A DNA stretch of 64,000 nucleotides from the human T2T-CHM13v2.0 reference genome, Homo sapiens: assembly GCF_009914755.1 (NCBI RefSeq), contig NC_060930.1, one strand, 5' to 3'. The translations under genes and the position numbers were made by a program. Numbering within the stretch: position 1 is the first letter of the stretch; each line of letters starts with the position of its first letter. The notes beneath the pieces were generated by a model. That model had not been told where the DNA came from and did not search any database. It saw only the letters and a program-made list of their open reading frames with translations. Shown one piece after another: positions 1-11,486 of this stretch.

Positions 1-1237
1 TGCTGATACCACTTGAAAGCCCATTGCTGTGAACACTTTATTTCTTAACAGAAAACTGATTTTAAATGTTGAGGTTAGAAAATCTACTCAACATTTTTTA
101 ACTGCTCCAGCTTTAATTCATAATTACAAGCTTATTCCAATCTCTGCATAATGAAACCACATTTTAGACCAACAGCTGTTATCTACTTTTGCTGGTAGCC
201 TTGGGGTATGAATATTTTAATATTCATTTTATATGTGCAGATAAACTAAATACTTCCTACTGGAAGTCTATCAAATTAATCGCAAAAATCTTAGTTGCTG
301 TTCTTTCTTCCATGCAACTCATTTTTAAAAAACTGCTCACTTTGTGCTCCATTTTCCATAAACCTGAAAGTGATTTTTATAAAATATACAGGGGAGAATG
401 TAGAGAAATCCATGGATATAAAGGATCATGGAAGAGATTAAAACAATACTGTTTTAGTGACCTGCCCTTCTGTCCATTTCCATTTTGTGCAAGTTCAGTT
501 TAAGATTCAATATTTTGCTTATGGAAATGTTTTAATAACTGGTTTTGTGTTGGAAGGCTGTGATTTTCACTTATTTAAATAGTATTAGGTTCTCATATGT
601 AAATGATATGGCCTAAAGATAGAACCCTCCCCCCACTCCTCCAGTTTTCCCAGTATAATCTCACAAACACCATTGTGATGTACTATAAAACATGCGGTAA
701 CTTTTGTTTTTGGATGGCAGTGAATGATTAGAAAATAAAAGTTCTGTAGCCCAGTAAAATCTAAAAGTGTTTATTCTGAAGTGGAAGATAAAAGGATGAT
801 GGAAGATACCAAAATAGAAATAGATGAATTTGTAGCTAAGGTTGGTGGATATTAATAGTAGAGATAGTTCACATAGATTCTTCACATTTTTATGAATTCT
901 GTAGGAAGATGCTTTCACCTGTTCTGCATTTTAACAGAACAATACTACTTACATCATACAATAATCAATATTTGGGGTGGAAAACATAATCTGTATCATT
1001 AGCAGATCAAGATCATGTACCTCATTAATGTTAAACCACAACTATTTAAACATGTTTGAGAGGCCTGAGCATGGTGACAGAAAAATAAAGACACGAAATA
1101 AAAAAAAGCAACATAAAATGGTCTACGTAGTGTTTTTCTAGTTATGAGGATGAGACTTCTGTGAAAGCTTATTTGGTCTTAGTGAGCACATATGCGATGA
1201 TGTCTTATGTGATCTTTCTTTCTGACTTCATGTTCTT

Positions 1238-1511
1238 TTTTTTTTTTTTTTTTTCCCAGGAGAGTAAAATCTTTTATTATAATAGGTGTATTTTTTTTAA
1301 TTATACTTTAAGTTTTAGGGTACATGTGCACAACGTGCAGGTTAGTTACATATGTATACATGTGCCATGTTGGTGTGCTTGTACCCAGTAACTCTTCATT
1401 TAATATTAGGTATATCTCCAAATGCTATCCCTCCCCCCTCCCCCCACCCCACAACAGGCCCCGGTGTGAACAATGAGAACACATGGACACAGGAAGGGGA
1501 ACATCACACAC
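1238..1511 (-). mobile_element. 5'-truncated L1PA (L1PA3/4-like) 3' end with 5' inversion and short 3' transduction
   Basis: Reverse-strand L1 3'UTR (TTATACTTTAAGTTTTAGGGTACATGTGCAC...C-rich tract) at 1291-1468; inverted L1 segment at 1467-1511; poly(T) at 1238-1254; 16-bp TSD CTGACTTCATGTTCTT at 1222-1237 and 1512-1527. Confidence 0.93.
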
Positions 1512-3575
1512 CTGACTTCATGTTCTTGGCTCTTGGGATAACAGAACACAAACATTCAGGCCCTTTGTCTTTGAGAAGCAGATGTTTTTCCCCCTTTTGT
1601 TTAGCGGAGATGTCTTCTGGGTCTTGACGATGAGAGGAGTTAGACACGTCTAGTCTTTTCCAGTGCTCGCGACAGCTAACATTTTCCTGCTCATCTCTTC
1701 TTTGGGCGTTCACCACTGCCTTATACTTTCCCCCTCATTTCCCCTACTTCTTTTGATTGTGACTTACAAAGTCTTTGATTGGCTACTGGGGAAATTCTGT
1801 CTCTCTTGAGCCCATTTTTCATTTTCACTTTTTCCTTTGTTCTCATGTCTTAACAGACACATGCCCTTCCCTCTGCCATTTTTGATGGATCTTTCCAGAA
1901 CACTGCCAGCTATCCATCATTCCTTATCTTTCAAAGTCTTCCAGATGCCTCTTTATGCTTCCTTTCTTAATCATTCTAGCTGCCCTGGAGGGCTCCCCGC
2001 ATTTGATTTTTGTCCTTCTAATGGTATTTCCTAGCATTTACTGAGGAGTTACTCTGCGCTGGTTCCATGCTAAGCTCTTGGCGTGCCTTATTTTATTTAT
2101 TCATCATGATACTTAAGAGGTGTCTACTTATTGTTTCTATTCTGTAGCAGAGGAGAATGAAGCTCACAATGTTGAATAACTTTTCCAAAGATAACTGTTA
2201 AGTGGAACGGATGGGAGTCAACCTTGAGTCTGTTCCAGACTTTACCCTCCTTAGTTGTTATTAGAATATTTGATTCATTTATTCTTCCTTTCTGATCATT
2301 GTTCTCAGTGACATTGGCTTTCTTACTGAAAGTTCATCAAGCAAGCTTTACGGACTCATAGTATCAACAGTCGCAGCATTCCACTCTCCCTGTTTAGCTG
2401 CCATGCTCTGGAATTGCTCATCATATACCGCTGAAATCTGAGTTGGTGGGCTCATTGCAGACACACTGTTTTGCTTGCCATGTCTCCCTCTTCTTTATCC
2501 CCATTGAACCTAACTCTCAGTATCTCTCCTCTCCTGATCCACACTCCCTTTTAGTTTATTTTATTTTGCCCCAGTATTTCATGTCTTTTGATGACATCAT
2601 CTTTCCCCAGCTGAATGATGAGGCTGTCTCTAGTTTTAGTGGCTCATACACATCAGTCTAGACTCCTGAAGTCTCTTGATTTTAGATAAGCCTTCAACAT
2701 CAACCCCCCAATCTAAAATAATTCTTAAATATACATTATTCACACCTCTCTTTAGATCATAGATTATCACTAGGAAAAATAAAAACATTCCTGAGGTATC
2801 TTATAGCTTTAAATTCTGTTTCTAGAAAAATGTAGACTTAAATGGCAGATGTTGTTTCCAGCTACATGTTGGCACTTGCTTCTTCTTGGAAGCTCTTCTA
2901 TTTATTCCTTCTGATTCCTTACTGCTTTCACCTGTGGCCCTGTTCCAAACTAACTCTTACTTCCTCTTTCTCACAGTCCAACCCTAGTCATTGCAGAAAC
3001 ATCCACTTTCATCTCTTTCTCTTACTCATCTCTTCCTCTGTGCTAAGCTCTCATGCTGAGGCCTGTTCACTACAACAAACACTCCCCATTTGTGTCCTAG
3101 GTTCTGTCCAGTTGTTATTTTGAGGTATCTCACTCTGAAGCTTATTTTTTCCCCTGACTGTGATTTAAGTCTTTCTCATTACAGCGATTCCTTTCTCCTT
3201 GCCTTCAAACACTCAGGCTCTCCTTTCTTAAACAGTTCTTCCTTTTATAGTCTGCCTCTTCTAGCCATCATTTTATTTCATTTTGCTTTAACTGCTGACA
3301 TGTATTAAATAAATGTTCTCAACCCGCTCTATTCATCCTCTAACAATCTTTATTTTAATCCTTTGAAATTTCAGTCTAATTTACTCAGCATTTTGCTGGG
3401 ATCACAGTCATCAATAATTGTATTCTTTTTAGTTCTTTCTTCTGTCCTCATTGTTCTTGACTTTTCTGTAGAATTTGGTAAGAATTAGCTAAGAAACAAA
3501 GGCAGAAATTTACTCTGAGATGCTGGGGCAGTCCAAGAAGCAAAGTACAAGGATTGAGCATAAATGCCTGGAGAC

Positions 3576-3669
3576 TTCCCAGCCTCTAGAACTGTGAGAA
3601 ATCACTGTTTATTGTTTAAGCACACAGTCTATGGTGTTCTGTTACAGCAGCTCAAACTGACTAGGACAG
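3576..3669 (+). mobile_element. MLT1 (MaLR) LTR 3' fragment
   Basis: CCAGCCTCTAGAACTGTGAGAAAT...TTGTTTAAGC...TGACTAGGACA matches the MLT1/MST LTR terminus. Confidence 0.7.
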
Positions 3670-3717
3670 AGCACCTATTGGGACCTTACTGATATTTCAG
3701 ATACATTGTTTCTTGAT

Positions 3718-3828
3718 TCTTTCTCCCTTCCCTCCCTTCCTTCCTTGCTTCCTTCCTTCCTTCCTTCTTTTTCTTTCTTTCTTTCTTTTCTTTTCCTTCC
3801 TTCTTTCTTTCTTTCCTCTTTCTTTCTT

Positions 3829-3859
<31 letters not shown>

Positions 3860-3987
3860 TTCTTTCTTTCCTTCTTTCTCTTTCTTTCTTTCTTTCTTTC
3901 CTTCCTTCCTTCCTTCCTTCTTTCTTTCTTTCTCCTTCCTCCCTTCCTTCTTCTCTTTCTGTCTCTTTCTTCCTTTCTTTCTCTTTC
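3718..3987. repeat. Compound polypyrimidine microsatellite (CCTT/CTTT/CT)n
   Basis: About 270 bp that is almost entirely C/T on the + strand. Confidence 0.97.
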
Positions 3988-4764
3988 ATTGATCAAATTG
4001 CTGAATGATGAATTAACTGTACATGCCCTTACCTTTTATAACAGTTGTCACGTACCAAATATTCTGATAAATTATCATCCTCGTTGCTGACTTCAGCCTT
4101 CTTCAGCCTGTTCTTATTGGTCCATTTTCCATGTTTCTTCAGCAGCTGCCAGGAAATATCTCAGCTGTACTGAATATTAGCCATTGCTTCAGCATTTATG
4201 TTAGCCTAAAGTCATGCAAAGGGATACTTATGAGAATTCATTGCATGGCATTTATTATGACTGTGCTATTTCATATTGTACCACTTGAATTGTTCATGCC
4301 TGTAGTGAGTATGGTCAACAAACCTGACATCTTAATCACATATAAAGGCAATGTGGGAGTGTCTCCTTTATTCCCTGATCTTGGGCAGTCTGGCATTCTG
4401 TCATTTATTTATAGTTGGAGTCCAAGAGTGTAGAAGTAGTCACAGCAATTTTGTGGATCCTGATGTCTAGAAGCTAATCTGTGGGCACACTTTCCAAACA
4501 TTGGGTTTGCTTAGAGATGTATAGTAGAGTATGAGGAACCTAATTATCCTCATCTCGTAGGATTTTATCTTTTGGGCCTCGGATCTCAGAAGGAGTCACC
4601 ACTGTATTATTTCTGGCAATGTTGACTTCAAGATGCCTATTAAGCATCAGGTAGAGATATTGATTATGCAGTTGAACATATGAGATTAGAGCATAGGAAG
4701 GGGTCTGGATTGGTGTTCTAAACTTGAGAGTCTTCATCTTATAAAGCCATTGGAGTCAGTGAAA

Positions 4765-4844
4765 TACTAAGCATTAATAAATAGGAGAAAAAATGTGAAG
4801 TGCCTAAATAGCTAGGTACTAAGCATTAATAAATAGGAGAAAAA
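4765..4844. repeat. Local direct repeat, 28 bp x2 (52-bp period)
   Basis: TACTAAGCATTAATAAATAGGAGAAAAA at 4765-4792 and 4817-4844. Confidence 0.9.
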
Positions 4845-5727
4845 GTCTGAAGCCCTCTTCTGAAGGATGCTGGGGCCTTCAGAAAGGCCTTATCTGAAAG
4901 ACCCTGGAGACATTCAACATCAAGAGCTAAGAGAATGATGATGGTGTCACAGAAGAGCCTTGGTACAGTTGCTTTACCCTCTGTCTCCATCCCTCCCCAC
5001 CCTCTCTTCTGTATTTAGCTTCAATAACAGAATACAGCCCTGATCCTGGTTTGTGATGACATCCAAGATGCTTTAATATGGCCATGTGGTCTCCTGATGC
5101 TCTGTGTTGACCTTCTATCTAACTGCCAATGACAGAATTATCTCTTGGCCTATATATCCTGGGGATTCTTTACTCTGCCATGTGTTTTATCTAGGAGAGT
5201 AGGGTAATCTGCCAGAGAATGGAGGCCTCAGAACTTTGATTCCGTGAACGATTCCTAATGTTGGCATTTGTCCACTTCCAAGGCTCTCAATCCCTATATT
5301 TCTGTGGCATGCTTTAAGTCAAAGATCAATGTATCTTTCATTCATCCCTGGAATGACCTCCTTCAAGACTCTACAAAAGTTCTAAAACCATGGTAACAGC
5401 TGAATCTCCTGGATCTCATGTTTGCAGATGGAACAGTACAGAGACCTTCAAGTGGCCTAAGCTTATCTGCTGCCCAGCTTCTCTTGCCATCAAGAAAAAT
5501 CTCTGCTTTCTCAAGACATGAGATTTCCATCAAGTGTTAGTTAACATTGATCTCTATTTTACAATGTTTCTAAGGAGTTTGTTAGAAGTTTTCAGTTTAG
5601 TGCACTCACCCTGAGCTGTGGATATTTGGCTCCCATCTGGCTTATCCAGTCCTACAGGACAGTTTCCTTCACTTCCCTCCACTTTCCCCCAAAGTATCGT
5701 AGCTCTGGATGGGTTGATTCACTTTCT

Positions 5728-6055
<328 letters not shown>

Positions 6056-7169
6056 TGAAACCTAACAGACAGGTAGGTGATCATAGAATCTCAGATGTTA
6101 CTGAGAACTTCTTAAATCCAAAGTCTCAGCATATAGCCTCAAATACAACCCACGCAAAGCTGACGTGCATCTCCAGTCACCTGCATGTGATCACATTCAA
6201 AAGAAACATCAGGCTGGCATTTAAAAGGGAACTGATGGGATATCTATTAAATGGAGATTATATTGCATAATTAAATTTAAGTAAATCAGCTTAAAATCTT
6301 GTATCCACTCTTCTAAAAGTGTGCAAGTATTTTTTAAAATATTATGCAACAACAAGAATAACTGAACCCTCCAAAACAAAAAGTGAAGCAAAAAACAGAA
6401 AACAAGCAAGCATAAAAACGAGTAAAATCTCGTAGGTAAGGTTTACGTGGCTGATCCCTATCTTTCAATTGCTAATTTTATTTCTAAAATACAGTCTCAT
6501 TGTTCTCACTGATTTAGTGCTATACATTTCCATGTAAGACATACATATTAATTATATTAAACAATTTTTATCACTTTCCATTTGGTTGCCATGGGAAATT
6601 CCATCTGAAGATGTTGGAAATGACATCTTTAGAGCTTTTGCTATTTCTATATGATTGTCATTAAAATTTTAATTGTTTTTGCTGTATGAAAATTGGCAAT
6701 AATGATTTGTTTGGGCCAGTTAACACTTGAATTTATAATAAATTAACACTAAAAGATAAGCTAGATTTGTATTGGCTTCCTTCCAGAAGTCAGTGGAATG
6801 ATTTCTGTGTTAGACCTTAGTGACTATGAAAAGCTTTCTACTACCTTCCCTTAGCTATTCTCCTTCCAGTTTCCACTTCAGCATAGCCCATAGTCCTTTT
6901 TCTGCTCATCCACCAAACAGCATCATCCCCCTGCTTAATGACCAGCACCCATTAGGCAAGAGCAGGGGATTGGAGATTTGCCATCAGGTTGTGAACTGAG
7001 TGGACAATAAAGAAGTAAAAAATGATGAGAACAGGGCAGGAGGCAAGAGCTATAGCTTTATAGTTATGGGCAATGAGAACTTGGGTAGAAATTAGAGAGC
7101 CAAAGTTACTTGGAATGGGCAGAACAGGTCCAAAGTAATTGCCAACAATTAGGTCTTTGATGAGGACAT

Positions 7170-8037
7170 GAGCATACCACTCTGGTCCACAAATCCTTGA
7201 CACCTCTAATTGTGAGATGTGGTATATATCACTTGAGTCTGGACTCTGCGCCTGCTTGATCAGTAGTAGAAGTGATGCCATGCCAGTTTCTGGGTCCAGG
7301 TGTTAAGAAATGGTCAGCTTCCATTTCCTCTCTCTTGTGATCACAACCTAAAATCCAGCCACCATATTGAAAGGAAGCCCAAGAAATCAATGGAGAGGCC
7401 ACATGTAGGTATTCTGGTCCATAGTCTTAACTGAGGTCTAGATGATGCTCAGTCACCGCATATACGTGTTCATGATCCTCTAGATCAATGGCCCCCAACC
7501 TTTTTGGCACCAGGGACCAGTTTGGTAGAAGACAGCCTTTCCACAGACAGGGGTGGGGGTTGGAGGTGGCTGGGGGTAAGGGGTTGGTTTTGGGATGAAA
7601 CTGTTCCACCTAGATCATCAGGCATTACTTAGATTCTCATAAGGAGCACACAACCTAGATCTCTCGCATGTACAGTTCACAATAGGGTTTGGGCTCCTAT
7701 GAGAATCTAATGCTGCCACTGATCTCACAGGAGGCAGACTTAGGCGGTAATGCTCAACTGATGGCTGCTCACCTTCTGTGCAGCCTGGTTTCTAACAGGC
7801 CACAGACCAGTATAGGTTTGTGTCCGGAGACTGGGGATTCCTCCTGTAGATGACTAGTCATTGCCTGCAGTCTTGAATCTCCCCACTTGAGTGGCCAGAT
7901 ATGGAGCAGAGGCAAGCCATCCCTCCCGCACACTCTCCAAATCCGATTCACAGAATTCGTAACCATTATAATGGTGTTTGTTTTATTCTGCTAAGTGAGG
8001 AGTGTTTATTAAAATGTAGAAATAGTAACTGAAAAAC
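7170..8037 (+). mobile_element. Old MLT1 (G/H-like) LTR interrupted by MER1B
   Basis: MLT1-type motifs (AGAAGTGATGCCATGCCAGTTTCTGGG; GGAAGCCCAAG; GGAGCAGAGGCAAGCCATCCC) on both sides of MER1B. Ends are approximate. Confidence 0.6.
7486..7843 (+). mobile_element. MER1B (hAT-Charlie non-autonomous DNA transposon)
   Basis: Starts CAATGGCCCCCAACCTTTTTGGCACCAGGGACC; 8-bp TSD CTCTAGAT / CTGTAGAT. Confidence 0.88.
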
Positions 8038-9794
8038 CATTGTCAGGCACAAGTATACCACCATTAAGCAAGACCTACCATCTCTGACTTGATGTAAATC
8101 ACATGAGAATCCTATGAGTATATAGCTGTACATCAAAAATGAATGACTTGAATCCCTAAATATAGCAACCTGTAAATGTATTACTCTGAAATGATAAAAC
8201 TCCCTTCGAATAAGAAAAACTTTCTGAAAAGCTTATGGAGATTTCTTTCCCTTGCAGGAGAAACAAACCAATATGTAAATACATTTTCAAGCATGAGCAT
8301 GTTTCTTTGATATTACCTTGTCACTCCCCTTGTTTGTACCATATACTTTGCTCTTCTAAGCATTTTTGATAAGGGGAATTTTAAAAATCAGTAGATTGCA
8401 GCCTGTGGCTGACGCATCTGGATAGTTTAGGTGGCCAGCTTTGAACTATTTTATTATTGCAAAGTTGAAATAAATTGCTTTACTTCTCTACCAGTAGGCT
8501 CCTCTGCCAAATTTAACTTGTACATTTCTAAATCACTTACATATTTTAAAGGATTAAAATTAAAGATGAGATTAAAAACTTTTCTCTTTGCTTCAAAGGG
8601 AGAACCAAAATCTCCACAGAGCCTAACTGACAACCTTTGTTGCTGCTTGGAAAGGGGGAGGGAAAAAAGGAATTGCTTGAAGTGTTTCCTTAGTTCTTAA
8701 CCTCTTGTTTTCCAGCCAGTGTTGTTTTGGACTAAACATTGGAATGTTGAGATAGATCGCGATGCTTACCTTGGCTTTACTCAAACCTAAAGTGACATTG
8801 AAGAAATTGATCCTGGATATTTGTCCATTTCTGAGCTTGGCTGTGACTCCAGTCCTTAGGAGGGTGGTTAATTTGACATGTTCTGGCAGAATTAATTTTG
8901 CTGCCATACCAGTAACTTTCTCCTAATAAATTTTTCTCTCTGGAGATTTCAACACTTTAAAAGATGATACAACGTACCTTTTGCAAAGCAGAGGATGATA
9001 AGGTTCATGTAGGCAATGGAGTAAATGATTACTTCTGCACCCCAACATATAATTATGGAAGCAGGATGAAGGAACTTTGAATATGCTTGCTAGTGGCACA
9101 GCTGAACATGGGGAGAAATGTCAAGTCGAGGTTGAGGTTCAAAGTTAGGAACGGGTTTCCAGCTTTGCAGCTGCTGTAATTACACAATTCTGTGCATTGA
9201 AGCTATTTATCTCCTGCCAACTGTGGTAATTAATTTTGTTTTCAGTTAGTGGAGGGGGGATTGATCTTCCCTTTGTGAAAAACTTTCTCACGCAAATGTT
9301 TCCCAGTGTTGAAATGTTGAATGGCTTTCCTCCTGTTGTACAGGTATTTACTGGAATCTGAGCTCATGATTCTCTGAATCCATGACTAATGCAAAGTCAG
9401 AGCCAAGTTTATTGATGACTTCTATTTCTCTCTTTAGGGATCAAAGTTTTTCAAAGTATACACTACTTAGAACTTTTAAATTATCTCTAAGTCTATTTGC
9501 ACGTAATGCAAGTATAGCAACCTGTACAGGTAAATACCTTTTAGTTTCATAAACAAGGAATACAATCTCATGTAGGCATACGTTTTCAATTAAAAATTTC
9601 TTATAAACATATAGTTTGTGTGTCTCACAGAGTTCTTTAACCCAAATACATGCCAGTGGCCTTGTAGAGTTGAGTAGTGTTTATAAGAAGGCTTGTCACT
9701 GGGCAGCTTTATGTCAATATCCAGAAAACTTGGGCCATACTATCAAACCTTCACCACCAATGTTTTTTACTTTGATTTATTGTGAAAGCCTTTT

Positions 9795-10097
9795 CTTTCT
9801 TTCTTTTTTTTTTCTTTTTTTGAGATGAAGTTTTGCTGTCACCCAGCTTGGAGTGCAGCGGCGCAATCTTGGCCCACTGCAATCTCGCCTCCGGGGTTCA
9901 AGTGGTTCTGCTTCAGCCTCCTGAGTGGCTGGGATTATAGGTGTGCGCCACCATGCCTGGCTAATTTTCATATTTTTATTAGAGATGGGGTTTTGCCATG
10001 TTGGCCAGACTGGTCTTGAACTCCTGACCTCGGGCGATCTTCCTGCCTTGGCCTCCTAAAGTGCTGGGATTACAGGCATGAGCCACCACGCCCAGCC
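9795..10097 (-). mobile_element. AluS
   Basis: Full Alu; TSD TGATTTA(T/C)TGTGAAAGCCTTTT on both sides. Confidence 0.95.
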
Positions 10098-10317
10098 TGA
10101 TTTACTGTGAAAGCCTTTTGATGTAATTTCCCTTGAAAGTTGGAGAAATTATCACATAGATTTTTTAAAAAGAGGAAAGTTTCAAAGGACATGACAAAAT
10201 AATCAATGAACTGAATTATAATTTGTATTTTGGTATTTATAGGAAATCACTTTGAATTAAAGACAGTATATAATTTTTATTTATTTCTTGCATCTTCAAA
10301 ACTTTGAACTGCATCCA

Positions 10318-10665
10318 TGTCTCAGTCTTTTTGGGCTGCTAAACAGAACAGCATTGATGAGTGGTTTATAAACAACAGAAACTTCTCTCTTACCATTCTG
10401 GAGGCTGGGAAGTCCAAGATCAAGGTGCTGGAATAGTCTAGTGAGGGCCCACTTCCTTGTAGATGGCATCTTCTCTTCAGTGTGTCCTCACGTGATGGAA
10501 GGGATGAATGAGATCCCTTGGGCCTGTTTGATAAGGGCACTAATCCCCTTCATGGGGGCTCTGTCCTTGTGACCTAATCATCTCCCAAAGGTTCTATTTC
10601 CTACTATCATCACCTTGGGAGATTTCAACATACAAATTTTGGGAGAGCACAAACATTCAGCAACA
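10318..10665 (-). mobile_element. MaLR LTR (MLT1A0/MST-like)
   Basis: TTCTGGAGGCTGGGAAGTCCAAGATCAAGGTGCTGG...ATTTCAACATACAAATTTTGGG, a typical reverse-strand MaLR LTR. Confidence 0.8.
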
Positions 10666-10681
10666 TGTGAAAGGTCATAAT

Positions 10682-11060
10682 TGATATGGTTTGGCTCTGT
10701 GTCTCCACTCAAATCTCATTTTGAATTGTAATCTCCATAATCCTCAACTGTCAAGAGCAGGACCTGGTGGGAGGTAATTGGATCATGGGGGTGGTTTCCC
10801 TCATGCTGTTCTTGTGATAGTGAGTAAGTTCTCATGAGATCTGGTGGTTTTATAAGGGGGTCTTCCCCCTCCCCTCATTTGCTGTCCACCTGCCTCCATG
10901 CAAGACGTGCCTTTGCTTCTCTCTCACCTTCTGCCATGATTGTAAGTTTCCTGAAGCCTCCCCAGCCATGTGGATATGTGAGTCCATTAAACTTCTTTCC
11001 CTTATAAATTACTCAGTCTTGGGTATGTCTTTATAGCAGTGTGAGAAAAAAACTAACACA
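10682..11060 (+). mobile_element. THE1 (THE1D/MSTA-like) solo LTR
   Basis: TGATATGGTTTGGCTCTGTGTC...CTAACACA termini; near-perfect 5-bp TSD ATAAT/ATTAT. Confidence 0.9.
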
Positions 11061-11334
11061 ATTATGATTAAATAAAACTGAAATTCCTCAGTGAATTTAT
11101 TCTAAGAAATTAGATAAACCAAATAATATGAATGATAGATAAAATATGATTGGACTGGAGGATAAAAAGAAAATTTGTGAGTGGTTGGGGATAAAAGGAT
11201 AGTGAGGAGAAGGTAAAGTTGAGCAAGAGTTTAATATTTTTTTCCTAAATATTTCGGTTGATTTCTCTGTGCCCTCCTACACTTCAGTCCTGGGATTTTA
11301 GACCTGAAAGGGGTATTAGGGGCATTCTTGTACT

Positions 11335-11486
11335 TGCCCTTTTCAAACTTCAAGGCAAATATGAATCTCCTGGGGATCTTGATAAAATGCAGATTTGGAT
11401 TCAGGAGGTCTAGGGGAGTGGTGGTGGGGCTTCAGTTTCTGCATTTCTAAAGCACTTCCTTGGACCACATTTTGAGTACCAAGGAT
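11335..11486. mobile_element. MER5A-like hAT element
   Basis: GAATCTCCTGGGGATCTTGATAAAATGCAGATT...TTCTGCATTTCTAA...GGACCACATTTTGAGTA. Confidence 0.7.

Noticed and set aside
3675-4090. Four ORFs of 99-125 aa (K/E/R-rich or F/L/S-rich)
   Set aside because: They are translations of the CT microsatellite, which lacks stop codons.
7549-7595. G-rich run with quadruplex potential
   Set aside because: It falls in the variable G-rich part of MER1B and has no locus-specific support.
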